This document shows, piece after piece, positions 35,278-41,508 of a DNA stretch of 41,508 bases. Source of the stretch: a virus. Taxonomy: Duplodnaviria > Caudoviricetes. How positions within the stretch are numbered: position 1 is the first letter of the stretch; every line of letters begins with the position of its first letter. A model generated the notes under the pieces. That model was not told the DNA's origin. It saw nothing but the letters and a program-made list of their open reading frames with translations, and made no database searches. Both the position numbers and the translations under genes were made by a program. Location of the stretch: IMG/VR virus record IMGVR_UViG_3300020045_003383, positions 1 through 41,508 of that record; one strand, written 5' to 3'.

Positions 35278-37796
35278 CCTTAGCAGAAAAATTAGCCTTA
35301 CGTAGGCTTCAACAAGACTTAGCAAACAAGCCAGTAGTAGCAGAAGCTCAACCATTAATAGTAAAAGAAGAGAAAATTCTTTCATTTGCAGAAAGGATGG
35401 CTCTTAAAAAACAATCTGCTATGCAGGTAGATGCTTATAAAGAAAGTCTACCAAAAAATGATGCACCTATTTTAAGCCCTTTAGACGCGTTAAAAAATGA
35501 AAGCAATACTAATATAAGCACTTTACAGGAAAACGCGCCAAAATCGGTTTCTATACCATTGCAAGCGGTTTCTAACACTTCATTATTCAATATCGGAAAA
35601 AATACCCAAGAAAACGCGCAGACTATTCAACAGTCTATTACTAAAGAAGAAGTCCTTACTGTAATCCAAGATGCACAAAAGACTCTTACTTTCGCAGAGA
35701 AAATGGCTTTACGCAAAGCAGAGAAGAAAGTAGAAGTTGAGAACGTTCTACCTCTTCTTAATGTAGAGCAACGCCAAGTTGTTGAGAAGTCTTTACCGCC
35801 AACTACTATTCCCTCTCTAACCGAAATGGTTATGCATAGAGAAAAAGAGCTTGGCAGAAAAATGACTTTAGTAGAGAAGATTAATTACACAAAAGAATAT
35901 AAGACTAATTTAGAGCTTATGCAAACTATGTGGACTGTTAATACTACTCAAGGCGAAGAAGTACTTCCAGAAGAAGTCAATGCTGGAAACACAGTAACAA
36001 CAAACTATCCTGACACTGACTTAGTTCCTAACATAGCAGTAGCTATCAAAGAGTCTTTGTCTGAGAAGTTGAAAAGAATTGCACGTGAAAAGGCAGGGCA
36101 TATTCCTCAGCCAGAAGCTACTCCATACGATGCTACTAAGGAGGAAGTAGAAGCTGAAGTAAAAAAGCCTTCTTTGAACGAAATGGCTACCACAAATCAG
36201 ACTATAAGCCCAACGTTCACTAACAAGGCTACTTTCTCATTAGACATTATTCTTAACGACAAGCAACAAGCCGCTGTTGACCTTATAGGCAGTGGTAAGT
36301 CTGCTGTTCTGTTAGGTGCTGCTGGTACTGGTAAGACTTCTTCTGAGCGTGAGATGCTTAAAGCCTTATTAGAATTAGACACTATGAGAACTACTTCTTT
36401 TAAACTAAGTGGCGATAGCCGTGTGGAAGCCCCTTCTGTTGCAGTAGTAGCCTATACTCGCAGAGCAGCTTCTAATTCAGCTAAGGCTATTCTTAAAGAC
36501 CCTATCTTAGCTAACAAACTAACTTACAACATCATGACTATTCACGCATTGTTAGAATTTGTGCCTGTGGAATACTATGATGAAGTAGAAAAGAAGATGA
36601 TGTTCCGCTTCTTACCGCAACGTCACAAAGACGCCCCTCTTACTATTACGCACTTAATCATAGAAGAAGCTACTTTAGTAGGCTTAGACTTATGGGAACA
36701 ATTGTTTGATGCTTTACCACACGGCTGTAAAATAGTCTTCGTAGGCGACATTAATCAGTTACCCCCAGTCTTCGGACCGAGTATTCTAAACTATGCAATT
36801 ACTAGACTACCAGTAGTAGAACTTACCCAAGTCTATCGTCAAGGAGAAGGCTCACCTATCATTACTAATGCCCATAGAATTCTTGAAGGCAAATTCATTG
36901 AGTCAGGAACTACTGACCAAGGTAAGCTAATAGTAATTAGTGGAAAGAATGAGAGAGCTGTGGGGCAAGAGAAGACTGTTCGCGCAGTTAGCTCATTGCT
37001 TGAACAATTCTATGACAAGGAACTCTACTCGCCCGAAGAGGATATGATACTTTGCCCTTACAACAAGCAACCCTGTGGCACTATCAATCTGAATTACTAC
37101 ATAGCAGAGTTCTTAAGCAAAAGAAGAAAAGCCGTAGTGTATCATATTATTGCTGGCTTTAATTCTTTATACTTAGCAGAAGGCGACAAGGTAATGTTTA
37201 ACAAGAGAGATGCTATTATTGTTGAAATAAACCGCAACCCTTCTTATGTAGGTAAAGAGCCTATGCTACATGGTTCAGACTTATCAAGGTTTGGAGTACG
37301 TAGAGTAGGGGAGAATTCTGACACAGACTTAGAAGACTTTGACCTTGTTTCAAGTGAAGAAACTTTTGTACGAGATTATTCTGATATGTCATTAGAAGAA
37401 ATCAAAGCAGAAGCCGCTAACAGAGTATTTCAAGCTTCTCATAAAATTACTATTGCATACGAAACTGGTAACACAGAAGTTATTTCTAGTGCAGGGGATT
37501 TGAATGATAGCAACTTCCAACTAGGCTATGCTATGACTGTGCATAAGAGCCAAGGCTCTGAGTGGCGCAGAGTTTTCTGCTTATTCCACCCTGACCAACA
37601 GCGCAATCTAAGTCGTGAAATGCTTTATACTGCTATTACTCGCGCACGTGAAGAATGCTATCTTATTTCAAAACAGGCTATCTTAGATAGAACAGTAGAA
37701 ATTCAACGAGTACGAGGCAATACACTAGCAGATAAGATTGCATACTTCAATAGTGGCGTAGAACAGAATGACAGCGTGCAAGTAGTTAAAGAGTAG
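35274..37796 (+). CDS. RecD/Dda-like SF1B helicase with ~320-aa low-complexity N-terminal extension
   Basis: LNDKQQAA, GAAGTGKTS, TIHALL, IIEEA, VGDINQLPPV, LTQVYRQ, YAMTVHKSQGSEW, YTAITRA. Confidence 0.92.
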   Translation: MTLAEKLALRRLQQDLANKPVVAEAQPLIVKEEKILSFAERMALKKQSAMQVDAYKESLPKNDAPILSPLDALKNESNTNISTLQENAPKSVSIPLQAVSNTSLFNIGKNTQENAQTIQQSITKEEVLTVIQDAQKTLTFAEKMALRKAEKKVEVENVLPLLNVEQRQVVEKSLPPTTIPSLTEMVMHREKELGRKMTLVEKINYTKEYKTNLELMQTMWTVNTTQGEEVLPEEVNAGNTVTTNYPDTDLVPNIAVAIKESLSEKLKRIAREKAGHIPQPEATPYDATKEEVEAEVKKPSLNEMATTNQTISPTFTNKATFSLDIILNDKQQAAVDLIGSGKSAVLLGAAGTGKTSSEREMLKALLELDTMRTTSFKLSGDSRVEAPSVAVVAYTRRAASNSAKAILKDPILANKLTYNIMTIHALLEFVPVEYYDEVEKKMMFRFLPQRHKDAPLTITHLIIEEATLVGLDLWEQLFDALPHGCKIVFVGDINQLPPVFGPSILNYAITRLPVVELTQVYRQGEGSPIITNAHRILEGKFIESGTTDQGKLIVISGKNERAVGQEKTVRAVSSLLEQFYDKELYSPEEDMILCPYNKQPCGTINLNYYIAEFLSKRRKAVVYHIIAGFNSLYLAEGDKVMFNKRDAIIVEINRNPSYVGKEPMLHGSDLSRFGVRRVGENSDTDLEDFDLVSSEETFVRDYSDMSLEEIKAEAANRVFQASHKITIAYETGNTEVISSAGDLNDSNFQLGYAMTVHKSQGSEWRRVFCLFHPDQQRNLSREMLYTAITRAREECYLISKQAILDRTVEIQRVRGNTLADKIAYFNSGVEQNDSVQVVKE

Positions 37797-37823
37797 TATT
37801 TTATTATTAATAGGAGAATTAGC

Positions 37824-38114
37824 ATGGCACAAGAAATTAAACCTTTCTATGGCAAAGTAGTTAAGGTGCATCAAAATCACTCAATGCACTCTAATTGCTA
37901 TCCAAAGATTCTTACTTACGCATTAGAAGCTGAATTAGTAGGCTTACGCTTTAAGTCTTCTGCTTCAGACCTAATGACAGATAGACCAGTATCTGATGAA
38001 GCATTAGACTTTTATTACTTCTGCGAAGTGGTAGAATTAAATTGGTTTGAGAAACTATGGTTTGACTTAGGCACAGTGGTAGCCTTTTTAATGCAAAGAG
38101 AATATTATGACTAA
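37824..38114 (+). CDS. Hypothetical protein
   Basis: AGGAG RBS. Confidence 0.75.
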   Translation: MAQEIKPFYGKVVKVHQNHSMHSNCYPKILTYALEAELVGLRFKSSASDLMTDRPVSDEALDFYYFCEVVELNWFEKLWFDLGTVVAFLMQREYYD

Positions 38115-38355
38115 CTTAATTGCAGGGGCTAGTGCTTGCCTTAATGGAATTCCAGTATATGAAAGTAATTTAATTGCTCCTAAACCAGTCTTACGACTAA
38201 CAGAAGAAGTCTTAATATCTGATAGCTTTAGAGCAGAATTTAATGATTGGCTTCTTCAAAAATTTGGAAAGACTTATCCAGCTATTGTTACAGGCGCAGG
38301 AATTTTTATGCACCCAATAGCTTTTAGACAACTTAAAAAGGAAATAATAAAATGA
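38107..38355 (+). CDS. Hypothetical protein with HK97-capsid-like motif fragments
   Basis: LNGIPVYESNLI and IFMHPIAFRQLKK; overlaps upstream gene. Confidence 0.75.
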   Translation: MTNLIAGASACLNGIPVYESNLIAPKPVLRLTEEVLISDSFRAEFNDWLLQKFGKTYPAIVTGAGIFMHPIAFRQLKKEIIK

Positions 38356-38603
38356 ATAATTCTATTTGGCAAGACAGAGAAGTAGACTTAGAGCCTAAGA
38401 CCCCTGAAGAGAATTTGGAGGTACAAGTCCACTGTACTTTTGAAAGAAGCCATAATACAGCCATTACAGTTTTTAATTGGTCTGACGAAGAAAAGAAGTA
38501 TTTGCAAGAAGAAACTCAGAAAGCTTGGCTTCTTTTTATGGCAGGGTATCAAGCTGGCTTTAGGCAAGCAAGAAAAGTCTTTTCTCAATTACAAAGGGGC
38601 TAA
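38352..38603 (+). CDS. Hypothetical protein
   Basis: AAGGA RBS; FE..Y...TQKAW..F.AG pattern. Confidence 0.75.
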   Translation: MNNSIWQDREVDLEPKTPEENLEVQVHCTFERSHNTAITVFNWSDEEKKYLQEETQKAWLLFMAGYQAGFRQARKVFSQLQRG

Positions 38604-38605
38604 TT

Positions 38606-38959
38606 ATGACTACTTTTCCGCCAATAAAACTCTACCGTATTCGTGCAATTAACCTACCCGAAGCCCGTACTCAACTGCCTGATAAAGACTTGCTAGGAAA
38701 TACTGTTTTTGTTTGTGGCTTCTTTGGTGACTTAAAAGCACTACCAAATGGAAACATTAGAAGTTCTGTAGAAGTTGTTTTACAAGATAAAGATTTCAAA
38801 TGCATATACAGAAAGCTCTTATACAGAAGTTTCTTTCTAATCAACGTAGAATTACAACCTGTTCTTCCTCAAGACGTAACAGAATTCTTAGCACAATTTA
38901 TTAACAATGTAGAAATAAGGGGGTATACTCATGCAGACTACCGAGAACAAAGACTCTAA
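38606..38959 (+). CDS. Hypothetical protein
   Basis: AAGGGG RBS; tight packing. Confidence 0.7.
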   Translation: MTTFPPIKLYRIRAINLPEARTQLPDKDLLGNTVFVCGFFGDLKALPNGNIRSSVEVVLQDKDFKCIYRKLLYRSFFLINVELQPVLPQDVTEFLAQFINNVEIRGYTHADYREQRL

Positions 38960-39242
38960 CAAATGGGCAAATTATATGAACCCAGTCCAACTAGATATAG
39001 ACTTCGTGCCTGAGCCTTCTTATAAAGCAGAAGAAGGATTAAAGGTATGGCAAGTCTTAGTCTTAATAGCTGTTAGTATGTGGCTCGGCTACCAACTAGC
39101 TTGTTTTAACTTCCGTACTTTTGTAGAAGAAAATAATCTAATCTGTGAAGTAGAACAGTATACTACAGATAAACAGTCTATCTATCTTATGGGTTACTTA
39201 AATGAAAAGTCTAAGAATTTATTGATTGACAAAAGTTTATAA
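38931..39242 (+). CDS. Hypothetical single-pass membrane protein
   Basis: TM segment VWQVLVLIAVSMWLGYQLA; AGGGGG RBS. Confidence 0.65.
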   Translation: MQTTENKDSNKWANYMNPVQLDIDFVPEPSYKAEEGLKVWQVLVLIAVSMWLGYQLACFNFRTFVEENNLICEVEQYTTDKQSIYLMGYLNEKSKNLLIDKSL

Positions 39243-39260
39243 AAATGCGAAAATCCGAAA

Positions 39261-39581
39261 ATGCAGAAAATCAAAACTTCTAATGTTAGACTTCTATTAG
39301 TCCTCGGCTTATTTGATAGACTCTTATCGCAAGGCTGGGGACTTCTGTACCATGAACTAGACGAAGATGATGTAGTAGCTTTATGTACTTGGTTAGAAGT
39401 CAAACCCGCATCAGACAACTTGGATAACAGAAGCCACTTAATGTTCCAAGCCCAAAGCAAAATAAACTGGGCTATTGAGAAGTATATGGAAATAGGCTAC
39501 GATGAACAAACAGTAGTTTCTGTAGATTATTTAAATTTCAAAATAGGATTACAACATGAACAGAGTTCCACTAAAAGTTAA
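39261..39581 (+). CDS. Hypothetical protein
   Basis: In operon; weak RBS. Confidence 0.6.
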   Translation: MQKIKTSNVRLLLVLGLFDRLLSQGWGLLYHELDEDDVVALCTWLEVKPASDNLDNRSHLMFQAQSKINWAIEKYMEIGYDEQTVVSVDYLNFKIGLQHEQSSTKS

Positions 39582-39834
39582 TCGTTCATTGCTTGTTGAG
39601 AGTTTTTCAAACAAAGACTATCAAGCAGGTTATTTACAAGCACGATATACCCCAGCTAATTCTTATCCAAACCCTATGAGCAGACTGCAAGCAACAGAAG
39701 CAGACACACAGTTTAAAGCAGGCTTTGCTATGGGCAAATTAGAAATGGCAATGCTAGAAGACTATGAACACATGGTTAATCAGTTAGCAGACTTACAATC
39801 AAACAAACTCACAGAAAAGGATAGCGTATCATGA
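39556..39834 (+). CDS. Hypothetical protein
   Basis: AGGA RBS; YQAGY / FKAGFAMG helices. Confidence 0.7.
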   Translation: MNRVPLKVNRSLLVESFSNKDYQAGYLQARYTPANSYPNPMSRLQATEADTQFKAGFAMGKLEMAMLEDYEHMVNQLADLQSNKLTEKDSVS

Positions 39835-40163
39835 ACGTAGATGAATTAGATGACGAAGAAGACTTTGAAGAAGAAGGCATGACCATTCATGAAATCTACG
39901 CTAATCTTCTTTTAACAGATAGCCTTATCTTAACCACATCAGAAGAAGACTACACTAGAATTCGTAGTGCTATCGCTAATGTTAAAGGTAAAGAAAATGC
40001 CAAGCTGAAAGCAAAAGACTTACCCGTAGATGATGCTAAGTTAGACTTTGCTGTCTTACCTGCAATTGAAGGGCAAGAAGAAGGTTCAACTCGGTTTCAA
40101 ATTTCATTAATTAGAAAGAAGGCTTTTAAAGTTAAATTAGAATTGCCTTCTGATACTTTGTAA
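39831..40163 (+). CDS. Hypothetical protein with acidic N-terminus
   Basis: MNVDELDDEEDFEEEG; AAGGA RBS; ATGA overlap. Confidence 0.75.
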   Translation: MNVDELDDEEDFEEEGMTIHEIYANLLLTDSLILTTSEEDYTRIRSAIANVKGKENAKLKAKDLPVDDAKLDFAVLPAIEGQEEGSTRFQISLIRKKAFKVKLELPSDTL

Positions 40164-40174
40164 GGAGTAGAATT

Positions 40175-40495
40175 ATGGGAATGTCAAAAGCTGCAATGAT
40201 ATTACTAAGTATGGGTATGGGAATTATTGCAAACCATGCGCCTAGACCAGCAGAAGCAATAGCTCGTAATGTAGTAGCTAATTCTCAGACCATGAAAAGC
40301 AGATTATTTTCTAAATATAATATTCCTTTTTACGGAAATCTTTTAATTAGAACTTCTTTTACTCGCTCAACTAAGCAGACTAAAAATAGTCGTAATGCTA
40401 TTAAAAAGCATAAGCAGAAAGAAGCTAATAAATTTAGAATTGTTTGGGGCTATGCAGACGACGGTAAATACCGCTACAGGGAGTTAAAATGCTAA
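40175..40495 (+). CDS. Hypothetical basic protein with hydrophobic N-terminus
   Basis: AAGGAG RBS. Confidence 0.7.
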   Translation: MGMSKAAMILLSMGMGIIANHAPRPAEAIARNVVANSQTMKSRLFSKYNIPFYGNLLIRTSFTRSTKQTKNSRNAIKKHKQKEANKFRIVWGYADDGKYRYRELKC

Positions 40496-41076
40496 CCTTT
40501 AAAGAAAAACTAGCCGCTAAAAAATTAGAAGCTGAGCAAGCTACCCAGCTATCTGCGTATACTACAGCCGTAGAAGTTGTGCAAGTAGTACAACAGCCTG
40601 CTGAAATTAAAACAGAAGTTTCTAATAAGCCCTTAACTTTAGCTGAGAAACTTGCTTTGCGGCGTAAAGAAGAAGCCTCTGCACCACCAATTGTTAAGCC
40701 CGAAATCTTTGCTTTAGGTGAGGTAGCCTTAGCCGTTGAAGATGAAAATGCTGGCACAGTACATTCTTTAATTCAAGAGCAATCTGATATTACTGTAGCA
40801 GATATTGTGCCTCGCATTAGAAGTCTTAATGATTTAAGCCAAGCTGATTTAAAGAACGAAATGTCCTTACTAAAGAATGCCTTGTTAGCAAACCCCGAAG
40901 CAGTTGCTCACCTTCTACCAACAGACGTAGGTGACTTAGTAAAAGCCGCTAGGAAACTACTTGGTATGGAAATTGTAGAGTCTGTTAAGACTAAAGGCAA
41001 GAAAGAGAAAACTTCTAAACTTCCTGCCGCAGAAATTATGAGTACAGAAGACATTTTAGGTTTAGTAGATTTTTAA
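40489..41076 (+). CDS. Hypothetical protein with two copies of the TLAEKLALRR-type motif
   Basis: GGGAG RBS; C-terminal helical domain LKNALLANPEAV..LLPTDVGDLV. Confidence 0.8.
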   Translation: MLTFKEKLAAKKLEAEQATQLSAYTTAVEVVQVVQQPAEIKTEVSNKPLTLAEKLALRRKEEASAPPIVKPEIFALGEVALAVEDENAGTVHSLIQEQSDITVADIVPRIRSLNDLSQADLKNEMSLLKNALLANPEAVAHLLPTDVGDLVKAARKLLGMEIVESVKTKGKKEKTSKLPAAEIMSTEDILGLVDF

Positions 41077-41105
41077 CCGTAGTATTTTTAACATTGGAGA
41101 TAAGC

Positions 41106-41508
41106 ATGGAACAAGCGCAAGCCCCCGAAGAACCAAAGAAACCTCTTACACAAGCAGAAATTCGTGCGATAGAAAGTCATGAAAGCCGTTCTACTTTTAT
41201 TGAAACAGTAGCCAAAGCAGTCTTACAAGACCGTAATGTAGCCTACGGTACTCCAGAAGATAATTTTCAAACCATTGCAGACTTTTGGAACTTGTGGCTA
41301 CTTAAACGTACAGGTATTCGTATCAACCTAAGCGCACTAGACGTAAGTATGATGCAAGACCTAGTAAAGACTTCTCGTTTAAGTGGCAATGTAACTCACT
41401 TAGATAGCTGGGTAGATAAAGCAGGCTATTCAGCTTGTGCAGGCGGACTCCTTGTTAATGCTTCTAACCAAATTGTAAAAAGCGCAGAAGCAGAAGTTTC
41501 TAATAAAA
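41106..41508 (+). CDS. DUF6378-like protein (all-alpha, dNTP pyrophosphohydrolase-like), 167 aa, continues to 222
   Basis: GGAG RBS; DRNVAYGTPEDNFQTIADFW..DVSMMQDLVKTSRL..HLDSWVDKAGY. Confidence 0.8.
   Translation, partial: MEQAQAPEEPKKPLTQAEIRAIESHESRSTFIETVAKAVLQDRNVAYGTPEDNFQTIADFWNLWLLKRTGIRINLSALDVSMMQDLVKTSRLSGNVTHLDSWVDKAGYSACAGGLLVNASNQIVKSAEAEVSNK
41388..41508. repeat. Terminal direct repeat (copy 2)
   Basis: Identical to 1-121. Confidence 0.95.

Noticed and set aside
39226-39254. Perfect TTGACA -35 hexamer
   Set aside because: No acceptable -10 at 16-18 bp spacing.
41388-41508. 121-bp terminal repeat as a biological DTR
   Set aside because: It falls in mid-gene with the reading frame continuing across the junction, as expected for an assembler overlap.

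Overview
This window is an apparently complete ~41.4 kb tailed-phage genome. Bases 1-121 repeat at 41388-41508 inside one continuous ORF, which indicates a circular-assembly overlap (unit length 41,387 bp). It has two arms. The + strand early/replication arm (32761 through the junction to 7442) holds many small hypotheticals, a RecD-like helicase, a DUF6378-like protein, a PD-(D/E)XK nuclease, a DHH phosphoesterase, a Sak4-like ATPase, a putative SSB, a family A DNA polymerase and a DUF3987-like AAA+ protein. The - strand morphogenesis arm (30178 to 7481) holds TerS, TerL, portal, scaffold, an SU10/DUF5309-type capsid, adaptor, fibres, an M15 endolysin, a nozzle and three probable ejection proteins. 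The arms meet at a bidirectional terminator. I found no integrase, RNA polymerase, primase, tape measure, tRNA or CRISPR, so this is probably a lytic podovirus that uses host sigma70 RNAP. The main observations are: (1) early proteins carrying isolated fragments that resemble the terminase Walker-B region, the PolA O-helix and HK97 capsid motifs, possibly decoys against pattern-recognition immunity; (2) a short helical peptide motif (TLAEKLALRR-like) repeated across unrelated proteins with synonymous codon divergence; (3) a T4 gene-32-like pseudoknot plus AU-rich operator upstream of the SSB; (4) an ADP-ribosyltransferase-like domain inside the 1748-aa ejection protein; (5) a ~300-bp dyad-symmetric origin-like element; (6) a His762 PolA. 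All family calls come from reading motifs by eye, not from database searches.
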